DNA of 63,511 bases, the filler included. It is 6 parts of 6 records of this genome, joined end to end, with 100 filler letters (N's around TTAATTAATTAA, not from the genome) between each part and the next. Parts side by side here need not be neighbours in the genome. Positions count along the whole stretch, not along the records: positions 18,140 to 36,111 come from SRR20825019_2038; positions 36,212 to 43,781 come from SRR20825019_2044; 4 more parts are not named here. One strand, 5' to 3'. The notes beneath the pieces were generated by a model. That model worked only from the letters and a program-made list of their open reading frames with translations, had not been told where the DNA came from and did not search any database. A program made the position numbers and the translations under genes. Position 1 is the first letter of the stretch. Each line of letters opens with the position of its first letter. Shown here piece after piece: positions 29,067-39,710 of this stretch.

Positions 29067-30077
29067 TTGGCATTACAAGATTTACAAACAATACTAACTG
29101 ATATAAAGAATAGAAAGTTTAAGCCTTTCTATTTTCTATATGGCGAAGAAGCTTTTTTTATAGATCAGATTTCAGATTATATAGAAGATAATGTTTTAAC
29201 TGAAGAAGAACGAGGTTTTAACCAAATGACGCTATATGGCCGTGATGTCTCTGTAGAGGATATTGTAAGCAATGCCAAGCGTTACCCGATGATGGCCGAG
29301 CGACAGGTAATTATTGTAAAAGAAGCTCAAGATTTATCTAGAACTATTGAAAAGTTGGTAAGCTATGCGGAAAATCCGCAGCCTACAACATTACTTGTTG
29401 TTTGTTACAAGTATAAAAAACTTGATAAACGAAAAAAACTATACAAAGCGCTTAATAAAGAAGGCGTATTGTTTGAAGGTAAAAAACTATATGACAACCA
29501 AATTAGTCCTTGGATTATACGTACATTAAAATCTCAAGGTTATGGTATAACTCAAAAGGCGTCTCATATGCTGGCAGAGTTCTTGGGATCAGATTTAGGT
29601 AAAGTAAGTAACGAGTTAAATAAATTGAAACTTATATTACCTAAGGGTACAGAAATTACACCAGAACATATTGAAGAAAATATTGGGATAAGTAAAGACT
29701 TCAATAATTTTGAATTACAAAATGCAATAGGAGAGAAGAATAAATTAAAAGCACACCGCATAATTAATTACTTTTCGCAAAACCCTAAAGACAATCCTAT
29801 TGTACTCACTAGTGCATTGTTATTCAGTTTTTTTAGCAAACTTTTACAAGTTCACAGCTTATCTAATATAAACGACAAATCTGTGGCAACAGCTTTAGGA
29901 ATAAGTCCTTACTTTTCTAAAGATTATATTACTGCGGCTAGAAATTACTCAATGAGAGATTCTAGTAAGGCTATATCTTTACTAAGAGTTATGGATTTAA
30001 AAAGTAAGGGCGTAGACTCTAATGCAATACCAAGCGGAGATCTCTTGAAAGAATTTTTAGTAAAAATAATGGATTAA
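29067..30077 (+). CDS. holA: DNA polymerase III delta subunit
   Basis: YFLYGEEAFFID, AKRYPMMAERQVIIVKEAQ, IGISKDFNNFEL; start probably TTG 29067. Confidence 0.9.
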   Translation: MALQDLQTILTDIKNRKFKPFYFLYGEEAFFIDQISDYIEDNVLTEEERGFNQMTLYGRDVSVEDIVSNAKRYPMMAERQVIIVKEAQDLSRTIEKLVSYAENPQPTTLLVVCYKYKKLDKRKKLYKALNKEGVLFEGKKLYDNQISPWIIRTLKSQGYGITQKASHMLAEFLGSDLGKVSNELNKLKLILPKGTEITPEHIEENIGISKDFNNFELQNAIGEKNKLKAHRIINYFSQNPKDNPIVLTSALLFSFFSKLLQVHSLSNINDKSVATALGISPYFSKDYITAARNYSMRDSSKAISLLRVMDLKSKGVDSNAIPSGDLLKEFLVKIMD

Positions 30078-30078
30078 T

Positions 30079-31011
30079 ATGTCTACATCTTTATTTACGT
30101 CTTGGGTTATGGCAGCAAGACTTAGAACATTGCCATTATCATTATCAGGTATAATAGTAGGAGCTTCGTTAGGCATTAAAGCAACTCAATTTTCTTCTAA
30201 CTTAATATTATCTTCAATATTTTGGCTTGCTATAGCAACTACTTTAGGCTTACAGGTACTTTCTAATTTTGCCAATGATTATGGTGATGGTGTAAAAGGT
30301 ACAGACAATGAAGAGCGTATTGGTCCTAAACGCGCAATACAAAGTGGCTTAATATCTCATAAGGCCATGAAAAATGGAATTATTCTTACATCTTTAGTTA
30401 CACTCGTACTGGCACTGCTACTTATTTACACAGCTTTTGGAAAGGATAATTTTATATTATCTGTAGTGTTTTTTGCATTAGGCATTGCAGCAATTGTTGC
30501 AGCTATTAAATATACAGTAGGAAACTCTGCCTATGGTTATAAAGGATTAGGAGATGTTTTTGTGTTTATATTTTTTGGACTGGTGAGTGTTGTAGGTTGT
30601 TATTTTCTTTACACTAAGGCTTTAAATTTTACAGTTTTCCTACCTGCAATAACTATAGGCTGTTTAAGTACAGCAGTTTTAAATTTAAATAACTTGAGAG
30701 ATATTAATAGTGACAAAAACTCTGGTAAACACACGCTCGTTGTAAAAATGGGATGGCATAAAGCTAAAGTGTATCATCAATGTTTAGGGATTTTAGCATT
30801 GCTATCTTTTTTAGTATATACCTGCTTAACCTATAATACATTATGGAGTTTACTGCCATTAGTTTCCTTTATTATATTGGCTATTCACTTTAATAAAGTT
30901 AGACAAACAGAAGAACCTATGTTCTTAGATCCAGAACTTAAAAAAGTAGCACTAAGTACGTTTTTGTTTGCAATACTATTTGCAGTGAAGCTTTTAGTTT
31001 TTAATGCATAG
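30079..31011 (+). CDS. menA: 1,4-dihydroxy-2-naphthoate polyprenyltransferase
   Basis: ARLRTLPLS, NFANDYGDGVKGTD, NNLRD..SD..SGK; multiple TMs. Confidence 0.92.
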   Translation: MSTSLFTSWVMAARLRTLPLSLSGIIVGASLGIKATQFSSNLILSSIFWLAIATTLGLQVLSNFANDYGDGVKGTDNEERIGPKRAIQSGLISHKAMKNGIILTSLVTLVLALLLIYTAFGKDNFILSVVFFALGIAAIVAAIKYTVGNSAYGYKGLGDVFVFIFFGLVSVVGCYFLYTKALNFTVFLPAITIGCLSTAVLNLNNLRDINSDKNSGKHTLVVKMGWHKAKVYHQCLGILALLSFLVYTCLTYNTLWSLLPLVSFIILAIHFNKVRQTEEPMFLDPELKKVALSTFLFAILFAVKLLVFNA

Positions 31012-31045
31012 CTAATAGAGTATATTTACTAAAAATGTAGAGTAG

Positions 31046-32992
31046 TTGAGAATCTTTTTAACGTGTTTATTTGTTTTAATTTTTAGCTTTCAGAATTTAC
31101 TGGGGCAAGACACTTCTTTGTCAGAGACCAAAAAAGACACTCTTTTAAAACAACATGAAAATGTAGAGAAACTTCTAGGCATGTGGTATGATAAGCGCCA
31201 AGGAGACACTTCTGTTTTCACCTATTTAACACCACAAGAATGGGAGACTGTATTAGAACACCATTATCACCAAACTGCTATAGATGCTAATCTAAAAGAC
31301 AAAATAGGTTTTCCCTTAGCATCAACTTATCATAGTCTAACAAAGTTTAGTAAGGCATTACCAATTCTTGAAACTTTAAAAACTAAGAAAGATAATTTTA
31401 GTTTTGAGAACTACAGTTATATTTTAATAATGCTTGAGGAGATATATAGAGCTAATGTAGATCTTGCGAAAGCCATTGAAATAAGGGAAGAGAGAATTAG
31501 GTTAGGATACATTAAAACGTTTTATGATTTATATGCAGATGTTGGCCTTTATGATATAGCTGTTCAGGATTTTAAAGATTTAGCTTATAAGCCAGAAAAT
31601 GGTTCGTTTTCTAAAATGACTTACTATAAGAAATTAGGTGAGCTGTTTTTTAAAGCTTATAAAATTGATAGTGCTAGAGCAAATTTTAAAAAAGGGCTTA
31701 AAGCTCTTGAGCCAATTTTAAACACTAAAGACTACGAAGAGAAATCGTGGTATATAGAATATACCAAACAGTTTTATTACAACCAGTTAAAAGGTAACAT
31801 TATTGCTTGTAATATTGAGCAAGATAATTTTAATAATGCTATCCCTATACTTAAAGAAGATATTGAAGAAAGCTATACCATTAATGATGTAGATAATAGA
31901 ATTCACAAGTGGTTGTTGATGGCTAAAGTTTATTTGCACGAACAAGATCTTAATGAAGCTAATAAGGTTTTAGACAGTGTTTTTGAACGAAAGAGACAAA
32001 AATCGATTTATAATGCAGACCTTACATATCTTAAACTAAGAGGAGATTATTATAAACAACTTAATAAAGTAGATTCTTCGGCATTTTACTATAGAAATTT
32101 TATTGATTTACGAGATTCCTTAGATATCATAAGCAAGAAAAATCAATCTATAGTGTTATTATCTTCATTAGAAAATAGCACCCAACGCACAATAATTAAG
32201 AAACAACGATTAGAGTTATTAAACCAAGCTGCTAAACGAGATTTAAAACAACTTCAAACAGTTTTAATGATTTTTGTATTGGTTACTTTAATTATACTTA
32301 TAGTAGTTTTCTATAAAAATTACAGTTTTAAAGTAAAAGCACGATCAAAGATTAAGACTCAAAATGAAGAGCTAATCATTAAAAATGAAGAAAATGAACT
32401 GTTACTAAAAGAGGTTCACCATCGTGTAAAAAACAACTTGCAAACAATTTCTAGTCTATTAGGGTTGCAAAGTAATACGGTGGAAGATGAAGCTACCAAA
32501 AAAGCCTTTCTTGAAGGGCAAAATAGAGTACACTCTATGGCACTTATTCATAAACGATTATATGAATCTGATCAATTTGGTGAAATAACCTTTAAGGATT
32601 ATGTAGAGCAACTATGTAGTAACCTTATTTCATCTTTCGGAAAAACAGATGTTACTAATTATATTATTTCATCAATAGATAAGTTAGATGTAGAAAAAGC
32701 GGTTCCTATAGGTCTTATTGTAAATGAGATATTAACCAATACCTTTAAATACGGTCAATCTAAAGACGGATCTGTAAAGTTTAATATCACATTAACCTCA
32801 AATGAAACTCATTACACATTAAGCTTTCAAGACTTTGGTAAAGGGTTTAATATTAAAGATGTCCAGAAATCAAACTCTTTAGGACACCGTTTAATTGAGT
32901 TACTCTCAAGACAGCTTGATGGTGAGCTTAAAGTAAAATCTAGTTCAAAAGGAACTTCTTACAAACTTATATTCCCTAAGGAAATTCAATAA
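31046..32992 (+). CDS. TPR-like sensor histidine kinase (HisKA_2/HWE type)
   Basis: Signal peptide, helical repeats, one TM, EVHHRVKNNLQ H-box, NE..TN, DFGKG. Confidence 0.88.
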   Translation: MRIFLTCLFVLIFSFQNLLGQDTSLSETKKDTLLKQHENVEKLLGMWYDKRQGDTSVFTYLTPQEWETVLEHHYHQTAIDANLKDKIGFPLASTYHSLTKFSKALPILETLKTKKDNFSFENYSYILIMLEEIYRANVDLAKAIEIREERIRLGYIKTFYDLYADVGLYDIAVQDFKDLAYKPENGSFSKMTYYKKLGELFFKAYKIDSARANFKKGLKALEPILNTKDYEEKSWYIEYTKQFYYNQLKGNIIACNIEQDNFNNAIPILKEDIEESYTINDVDNRIHKWLLMAKVYLHEQDLNEANKVLDSVFERKRQKSIYNADLTYLKLRGDYYKQLNKVDSSAFYYRNFIDLRDSLDIISKKNQSIVLLSSLENSTQRTIIKKQRLELLNQAAKRDLKQLQTVLMIFVLVTLIILIVVFYKNYSFKVKARSKIKTQNEELIIKNEENELLLKEVHHRVKNNLQTISSLLGLQSNTVEDEATKKAFLEGQNRVHSMALIHKRLYESDQFGEITFKDYVEQLCSNLISSFGKTDVTNYIISSIDKLDVEKAVPIGLIVNEILTNTFKYGQSKDGSVKFNITLTSNETHYTLSFQDFGKGFNIKDVQKSNSLGHRLIELLSRQLDGELKVKSSSKGTSYKLIFPKEIQ

Positions 32993-33014
32993 ACTTAAAA
33001 ATTTATAATTCTTA

Positions 33015-34055
33015 ATGACAGCGCAATATTTTAAACATACTTTACAATTTAAACAAGCTAGCGGAACCTCAAGAGGTATCCTAAAAACAAAGGATTCATG
33101 GTTTATAAAAATCACAAATGGCGATGTTATAGGAATTGGAGAATGTGGATTATTAAAAGGTTTAAGTGTAGATGACAGAAAGGATTATGAGTATACATTA
33201 AACTGGGTGTGCAGCAATATTCATTTAGGTTTGCCTAAACTATATAAAAAATTGGAAGAGTTTCCCTCTATACAATTTGGGTTAGAAATGGCATTTAAGT
33301 CTTTAGAATCAGAACATCCATATGAGCTTTTTCCATCTGATTTTACAAAAGGAAACGATAGTATTCCTATAAACGGATTGGTCTGGATGGGAGAAAAAAG
33401 CTTTATGAAATCTCAGATAGAAACTAAGATTAAAGAAGGTTTTAAGTGTATTAAATTAAAAATAGGTGCAATCGATTTTCAATCTGAAATAGAGTTATTG
33501 AAATATATACGATCTCAATTTTCTGAAAAAGATATAGAGATTAGAGTAGATGCCAATGGAGCATTTTCTGCTAAAGATGCTTTAGAAAAGCTAAAGACTC
33601 TTAGTGAGTTTAAATTACATAGCATAGAGCAACCTATACAACAAGGCCAGTGGCAAGAGATGGCTAAACTTTGTGAAAAAACGCCGTTAGATATAGCATT
33701 AGATGAGGAGTTAATAGGTGTTTTTAAATCTGAGAATAAATCTAAGTTACTTAATACAATAAAACCACAATATATTATTCTTAAGCCTAGCTTAATAGGT
33801 GGTTTTAAAGGTTCAAAGTCTTGGATTTCATTAGCCAAGTCTCTTAAAGTTGGATGGTGGTTAACAAGTGCTCTAGAAAGTAATGTTGGATTAAATGCAA
33901 TTTCTCAATTCACCTATAATCTAGATACCTCTATGTATCAAGGATTAGGTACAGGTAGCTTATACACCAATAATTTTGAATCTCCTTTATATATAATAAA
34001 GGGCCATATATGTTATGACCCTAATTTAAATTGGAATGTGTCTTTTAGGGATTAA
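33015..34055 (+). CDS. menC: o-succinylbenzoate synthase
   Basis: IKLKIG, RVDANG, IEQP, LDEE, ILKP, SALES enolase-superfamily motifs; near menA. Confidence 0.88.
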   Translation: MTAQYFKHTLQFKQASGTSRGILKTKDSWFIKITNGDVIGIGECGLLKGLSVDDRKDYEYTLNWVCSNIHLGLPKLYKKLEEFPSIQFGLEMAFKSLESEHPYELFPSDFTKGNDSIPINGLVWMGEKSFMKSQIETKIKEGFKCIKLKIGAIDFQSEIELLKYIRSQFSEKDIEIRVDANGAFSAKDALEKLKTLSEFKLHSIEQPIQQGQWQEMAKLCEKTPLDIALDEELIGVFKSENKSKLLNTIKPQYIILKPSLIGGFKGSKSWISLAKSLKVGWWLTSALESNVGLNAISQFTYNLDTSMYQGLGTGSLYTNNFESPLYIIKGHICYDPNLNWNVSFRD

Positions 34056-35047
34056 ACCTTTACAATCATCTTACCTTGATTTTTCCCGTCAAATAAGTCA
34101 ATAAAAGCTTGTGGAATATTATCAAAACCTTCAACTATAGTTTCAGAATAGGTTAATTTATCTTCTTTTAACCATTTACCTAATTGTTGCATACCTTCCT
34201 TAAATTGAGACTGGTAATTACCAATTGTAAATCCTTGCATAGACACACTATTTTTTATTAAGATAGGTTCAACTCTTGGTCCTGTAGGTGTTTCGGTATC
34301 ATTATAAACTGAAATTGCACCACAGTTTATCACTCTTGCGTTTCTAGCAATGTTAGCTAAAACAGCATCTGTAATATCTCCGCCAACGTTATCAAAATAA
34401 ACATCAACGCCATTAGGAGCTGCAGAAGCTATGGCTTCTTTCATATTGTCTGTGGTCTTATAATTAATAGCCTCATCATAACCAAACTTGTCTTTTAAAA
34501 GCTCAACTTTATCATCTGTACCAGCTGTACCAATTACTTTGCAACCTTTAATTTTTCCAATCTGTCCTACAACTGTACCAACTGCACCAGCTGCGCCAGA
34601 CACAACTAAGGTTTCGCCATCTTTTGGCTCACCAATTTTAGTTAAACCAAAATAGGCAGTAAGACCTGTCATACCTAAAATTCCTAAATAAGCCGTTGCT
34701 GGCGCTAAATCTGTATCAATTTTATTTAGTTGTTCTCCAGAAGTAGTTTGATATTTTTTCCAAGCTAACATTCCAGTTACTAAATCACCTTTCTTAAAGT
34801 TATCGTTTTTAGTTTCTATAACTTCAGCAATAATGTGTGAGGTTATAGGCTCATTAAGTTCAAACGGTTCTATATATGATTTTTGATCTCTCATTCTTCC
34901 GCGTAAATAAGGATCTACAGAAACGTACTTTGTTTCTAATAAAATCTCACCATCTTTTGCAGTAGGTTTCTCGCTTTCTACAAATTTAAAGTCAGATTCT
35001 TGTGGGCGACCTTCTGGTCTGTTATTCAATAATATAGTAGAATTCAT
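34052..35047 (-). CDS. NADP-dependent oxidoreductase (CurA/PTGR1 family)
   Basis: SVDPYLRGRM, GMTGLTAYFGL, VSGAAGAVG, YFDNVGG. Confidence 0.9.
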   Translation of the reverse strand: MNSTILLNNRPEGRPQESDFKFVESEKPTAKDGEILLETKYVSVDPYLRGRMRDQKSYIEPFELNEPITSHIIAEVIETKNDNFKKGDLVTGMLAWKKYQTTSGEQLNKIDTDLAPATAYLGILGMTGLTAYFGLTKIGEPKDGETLVVSGAAGAVGTVVGQIGKIKGCKVIGTAGTDDKVELLKDKFGYDEAINYKTTDNMKEAIASAAPNGVDVYFDNVGGDITDAVLANIARNARVINCGAISVYNDTETPTGPRVEPILIKNSVSMQGFTIGNYQSQFKEGMQQLGKWLKEDKLTYSETIVEGFDNIPQAFIDLFDGKNQGKMIVKV

Positions 35048-35253
35048 AATTATAGTTTTTTGTGTATTTCAAAGTTATCTAGGATAATCTTCTTCCGCCA
35101 AAATTGGGTCCTAAAATTTAGTTAAGCCTTATTTTATAAATGCTAACCTATGTTATTATAAAATATAACAATTATATAATAGTAACATACCATAATCCCT
35201 TTGTAAGTTTTACCTACAAAACCCTACTTTTGTATTAGACTATTACAAGAACT

Positions 35254-36111
35254 ATGAGCGAAACAACTGAAAGAATTAAATGCCTGATTATTGGTTCTGG
35301 ACCAGCAGGATATACAGCAGCAATTTATGCAGCTAGAGCAGATATGAACCCTATCATGTATACTGGTATGGAACCTGGAGGACAATTAACTACAACAACA
35401 GAAGTAGATAATTTCCCTGGATACCCAGAAGGTATAGATGGACCTACTATGATGGTACAATTACAACAACAAGCAGAACGTTTTGGTACACAGGTGCGTA
35501 TAGGTATGATTACTGAAGTAAAGTTTGCTACTGAAAAAGGTGGTATTCATAAAGCACAAGTAGATGGTGATAAGTGGATTGAAGCAGATACTGTTATAAT
35601 TTCGACAGGAGCATCTGCTAAATACTTAGGTTTAGAAAGTGAACAACGCCTACGTGGCGGTGGTGTATCTGCATGTGCAGTGTGCGATGGTTTCTTCTAT
35701 AAAGGTCAAGATGTGGCTATAGTTGGTGGTGGAGATACTGCTGCAGAAGAAGCTACATACTTATCTAAAATATGTAATAAAGTAACAATGCTAGTGCGTA
35801 AAGATGAAATGCGTGCAAGTAAAGCTATGCAACATAGAGTAACAAATACAAAGAACATAGATTTACGTTACAACACAGAGATTGATGAAGTTTTAGGCGA
35901 GCAAGTTGTTGAAGGTTTAAGAATGAAAAACAACCAAACTGGCGAAAAAGAAACTATTGATATTACAGGTCTTTTTATCGCTATTGGCCATAAGCCAAAT
36001 ACAGATATCTTTAAAGGACAAATAGATATGGATAATACAGGTTATATTGTTACTAAGCCAAAAACTACAGAAACTAATATTCCTGGTGTATTTGCAAGTG
36101 GAGATGTTCAA
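35254..36111 (+). CDS. trxB: Thioredoxin reductase, 3'-truncated
   Basis: IIGSGPAGYTAA, CAVC, GGGDTA, GVFASGDV. Confidence 0.95.
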
Positions 36112-36211
36112 NNNNNNNNNNNNNNNNNNNNNNNNNNNNNNNNNNNNNNNNNNNNTTAATTAATTAANNNNNNNNNNNNNNNNNNNNNNNNNNNNNNNNN
36201 NNNNNNNNNNN
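36112..36211. other. Artificial contig spacer
   Basis: N44-TTAATTAATTAA-N44. Confidence 0.99.
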
Positions 36212-36713
36212 GCATAATGAAAATCCAAATACCGATAATTAAAACAAAAGGTAATAATGTGAGTAGGATGTCTCCCCAAACATTGCTTTCTGTTTTATAA
36301 GTTACGACAGTAGAAATACTGTTGTTTTTCTTAGCATCGGAAATCATGTTCTCAAAATTCTGCAGGTCACCAAACTCAAAGGTGTAGTCTGGAGTACCAG
36401 CAGCTGGTAAGAATTTAGAATCTTCTGTCTTTTTATGGGTGTCTTTAGCTTTAGCTTCATCTGTTAAAAACACTTGAGCCATTTTGCGGTTAACAATAAC
36501 CACACGCTTTACATCTCCATTTTCAAGATAGGTTTCAAACTCTGCAGGATTTGTTTTAGATGGTTCGTTAAAACCACCACCAGCAAAGAATTGTATGCCT
36601 AGAAATATTAATATGATACCTGCGTAAATCCAGTAAGGACTAAACTTAGGTTTTTTAGGTTCCTGCGAGTTTTTTCCAGCAGGTTTTGCTTTATTAGGTT
36701 GCTCTTTAGCCAT
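36212..36713 (-). CDS. ftsH: FtsH protease, N-terminal part (truncated)
   Basis: TM-periplasmic-TM layout ending LLPFVLIIGIWIFIM; downstream of rsfS as usual in Bacteroidota. Confidence 0.85.
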
Positions 36714-36730
36714 GTTGTAGGATCAAAAAA

Positions 36731-37102
36731 TTAATAGGCAGTTTCAATAGATGTAACTTTGGCATCTCCCCAAAGTCCTTCTATATCGTAGTATTCTCTT
36801 ATATGTTTTTGGAATACGTGAACAACAACGTTCACATAGTCTATAAGAACCCATTCACCGTTTTCACTGCCTTCTACGTGCCAAGGCTTATCTTTAATTG
36901 CCTTGCTTACGGTTTTTTGGATAGAGCCAACTAATGCGTTGACCTGTGTGTTGGATGTACCATTGCAAATGACAAAATAATCGCAAACGGTGTTTTCTAT
37001 CTCTCTTAGGTCCAAAATATCTATATCTTGCCCCTTTACATTTTCAATACCTTCAACAATATATGAAATCAGTTCGTCTGTCTTTATTTCTTTTTTCGCC
37101 AT
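36731..37102 (-). CDS. rsfS: Ribosome silencing factor
   Basis: KGQDIDILDL, DYFVIC.G.SNTQV, WVLIDY, YYDIEGLW. Confidence 0.93.
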   Translation of the reverse strand: MAKKEIKTDELISYIVEGIENVKGQDIDILDLREIENTVCDYFVICNGTSNTQVNALVGSIQKTVSKAIKDKPWHVEGSENGEWVLIDYVNVVVHVFQKHIREYYDIEGLWGDAKVTSIETAY

Positions 37103-37194
37103 TAAATTATTTTCTTTCGACAAAGTTATTCTTTTTATGCTTATTTTTCAGTAGTTAGCCGTACAATAAACGTGCCTTTAATCTTAATTTAACA

Positions 37195-37923
37195 ATGCGC
37201 ATCATACGTGTCAGTCAAACAGCTTCAACAAATTCTTTTTTAAAGGAGCTTCATAGAGAACAATCATTTAAAGAATCTGTTTGTGTAATTGCAGAACAAC
37301 AAACTGCTGGAAGAGGACAAAAAGGTAATGTCTGGCTTACAGAACCCTTTCAAAATCTAACATTTAGTGTGTTGTTGCCAGATATTTTAATTCCGCTTGA
37401 AAAACAATATCAGTTAAATATGCAATTGTCATTAGGCTTATTAAAAAGCTTACAGGCATTAAATGTCCCGAAGCTTTCTTTAAAATGGCCCAACGACATT
37501 ATGTCAGACTCCAAAAAAATAGGAGGCATTTTAATTGAAAACTCAATAACAGGAACACATTTAAAACATAGTGTGATTGGAGTAGGTTTAAATGTAAATC
37601 AAACAAATTTTGAAGGCCTGCCTAAAGCAAGTTCATTAAAATTATGTAGCAATACAGCATTTATTTTAGATGAAGTCTTGCAGACAATTCTCAATGAGTT
37701 AGATAAATTGACTGAGTATTTAAACACCTTACCATTAAGAGTAACAAAAAGAAATTATGAAGAAGCTTTATTTAGGAAAGATGTAATTTCTGTGTTTGAA
37801 GATTTAGAGGGCTTTAAATTTAATGGTGTAATTAAAGGCGTTACAGATAGTGGTCTTTTAAAAGTAGAGACAGATGATGCTCTTAAACTCTTTGATCTTA
37901 AAGAGGTGAAGCTTTTATTTTAA
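37195..37923 (+). CDS. birA: Biotin--acetyl-CoA-carboxylase ligase
   Basis: STN, QTAGRGQ, LKWPND, KIGGILIE. Confidence 0.92.
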   Translation: MRIIRVSQTASTNSFLKELHREQSFKESVCVIAEQQTAGRGQKGNVWLTEPFQNLTFSVLLPDILIPLEKQYQLNMQLSLGLLKSLQALNVPKLSLKWPNDIMSDSKKIGGILIENSITGTHLKHSVIGVGLNVNQTNFEGLPKASSLKLCSNTAFILDEVLQTILNELDKLTEYLNTLPLRVTKRNYEEALFRKDVISVFEDLEGFKFNGVIKGVTDSGLLKVETDDALKLFDLKEVKLLF

Positions 37924-37928
37924 AATAA

Positions 37929-37960
37929 AACGCCAACCCTTTAATAATGAGGTTGGCGTT
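37929..37960. terminator. Terminator hairpin between convergent genes
   Basis: AACGCCAACC / GGTTGGCGTT stem. Confidence 0.7.
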
Positions 37961-37986
37961 ATTTAAGTAATGTAAATATTTTGAAA

Positions 37987-38376
37987 CTATAGTTTTCCCA
38001 TATTTTCGCTAAGTGTAGCTATAAATTTCTTAATAGGTCCTTTTATCATCATACCCATCATAGCATTAAACTCACCGTTAAATTGTAACTGTACGTCGCT
38101 GCCTTCTTGAGCCTCTTCAATATCTGCAGTTAATGTAAATGGAAGTTTGTCACTTTTAGCACCAAGTACAACTTGGTTGTGAGGTGTTGTTTCCTTAATT
38201 ACAAGCATAATTTCTGGCATTCCTTTTAATTGAAACAGGAAGCTTTCATCGTCTATCTTCTTGAAGTTTTCAAGAGATTCTGGCATAATGCTTTTATAAT
38301 TGTCTACGTTGCTCAAAAAATTAAATAGTTCTTCTTGAGATTTTTGAGTATGTGTTTTTGGTGATTCTAAAGTCAT
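37987..38376 (-). CDS. SRPBCC-like hypothetical protein
   Basis: Clean ORF downstream of pyrE; family call from overall pattern only. Confidence 0.65.
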   Translation of the reverse strand: MTLESPKTHTQKSQEELFNFLSNVDNYKSIMPESLENFKKIDDESFLFQLKGMPEIMLVIKETTPHNQVVLGAKSDKLPFTLTADIEEAQEGSDVQLQFNGEFNAMMGMMIKGPIKKFIATLSENMGKL

Positions 38377-38422
38377 AATTGTAGGTCTTAGTGTAGGTTA
38401 AATGCTATTAAAGTGCGGAAAT

Positions 38423-39076
38423 TTATTTAGACACTGTTGGTGCCCAGTTAGAAGGATCTTTTCTCCAATTTTGAAGTGTTTCTGCCTGATCTTGGTAAAT
38501 GTAATTTGTTTGGCTTGCTTGCTCAATTAAATGTTCATAATCACTAAGTGTATGTAGCTCTACATTCGCAGATTTAAAGTTTTCTTTTGAAACATCGAAA
38601 CCGTAAGAAAAAATGGCCAGCATTCCTTTTACATTTGCGTTTGCCTCATGCAATGCATCTACAGCTTTAAGACTACTCATACCTGTACTAATAAGGTCTT
38701 CTATAACCACCACTGTTTGTCCTTCTTCTAACTGGCCTTCAATTTTGTTTTGGCGACCGTGTTTTTTAGCTTCTGGACGAATATATATAAATGGCAGGTT
38801 TAAATAATCTGCCACAAGCATACCAATACCAATAGCACCAGTAGCTACACCAGCAATAACATCTGGCTTGCCATAAAGCTCTTCTACTTGTCGAGCCATA
38901 TGCTCACGAATAAAATTTCGAATTGTTGGGAATGACAATACAATGCGGTTATCGCAGTAAATAGGGGATTTCCATCCGCTAGCCCAAGTAAACGGTTCTT
39001 GTGGTTTCAATTTTATTGCGTTTATTTGCAACAATAACTCAGCCGTTTTCTTGGCGGTTTCTTTATCTAAAATCAT
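38423..39076 (-). CDS. pyrE: Orotate phosphoribosyltransferase
   Basis: FTWASGWKSPIYCDNR, KKHG, VVIEDLISTG; start at MILDKET. Confidence 0.94.
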   Translation of the reverse strand: MILDKETAKKTAELLLQINAIKLKPQEPFTWASGWKSPIYCDNRIVLSFPTIRNFIREHMARQVEELYGKPDVIAGVATGAIGIGMLVADYLNLPFIYIRPEAKKHGRQNKIEGQLEEGQTVVVIEDLISTGMSSLKAVDALHEANANVKGMLAIFSYGFDVSKENFKSANVELHTLSDYEHLIEQASQTNYIYQDQAETLQNWRKDPSNWAPTVSK

Positions 39077-39083
39077 ACTGCAA

Positions 39084-39710
39084 ATGTATAAAGTTTTTGT
39101 GAATGATGTGCCAATAATGCTTTCTACTGAAAAGCAAATAGGCAAGGAGTATACCAATATTCCCATAAAGATTGCTAGGCTTAAGAAAATTATTAAAAAA
39201 ATAAAGAAAGGAAAACTTACCTACGTTAACCTTTACCATAAAAAAGAGGAGAAACTCTTTAAGCATTTAAAGCGAAAACTACCTGTAGTTGTTGCTGGAG
39301 GTGGACTGGTTTATAATGACAATCAAGAAATTTTATTTATTTATCGAAATGATAAGTGGGATCTTCCTAAAGGTAAAATCGAGAAAAACGAATCAATCGA
39401 AGAGTGCGCTATTAGGGAAGTTTGGGAAGAAACTGGCGTAGAAGACCTAAAGATTACCAAACTTATTACTAAGACCTATCACGTTTTTAAACGTAATGGC
39501 AAGTTAAAGCTTAAAGAGACTTGGTGGTATGAGATGCACACCTCTTATAATGGCGAACTTACACCACAGCCAAGTGAAGGTATAGAAAAGGTAAAGTGGA
39601 AAAACTTTGCAAAGTCTCAGAAAGCATTGCAAGGCTCCTATGAAAATATAAAACTATTGTTCCCTAAAGAGTATCTTACAATGCATCCTAATGACCGTGT
39701 TGGTATTTAA
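39084..39710 (+). CDS. NUDIX hydrolase
   Basis: Nudix box GKIEKNESIEECAIREVWEETGV; start at MYKVFVND. Confidence 0.9.
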   Translation: MYKVFVNDVPIMLSTEKQIGKEYTNIPIKIARLKKIIKKIKKGKLTYVNLYHKKEEKLFKHLKRKLPVVVAGGGLVYNDNQEILFIYRNDKWDLPKGKIEKNESIEECAIREVWEETGVEDLKITKLITKTYHVFKRNGKLKLKETWWYEMHTSYNGELTPQPSEGIEKVKWKNFAKSQKALQGSYENIKLLFPKEYLTMHPNDRVGI

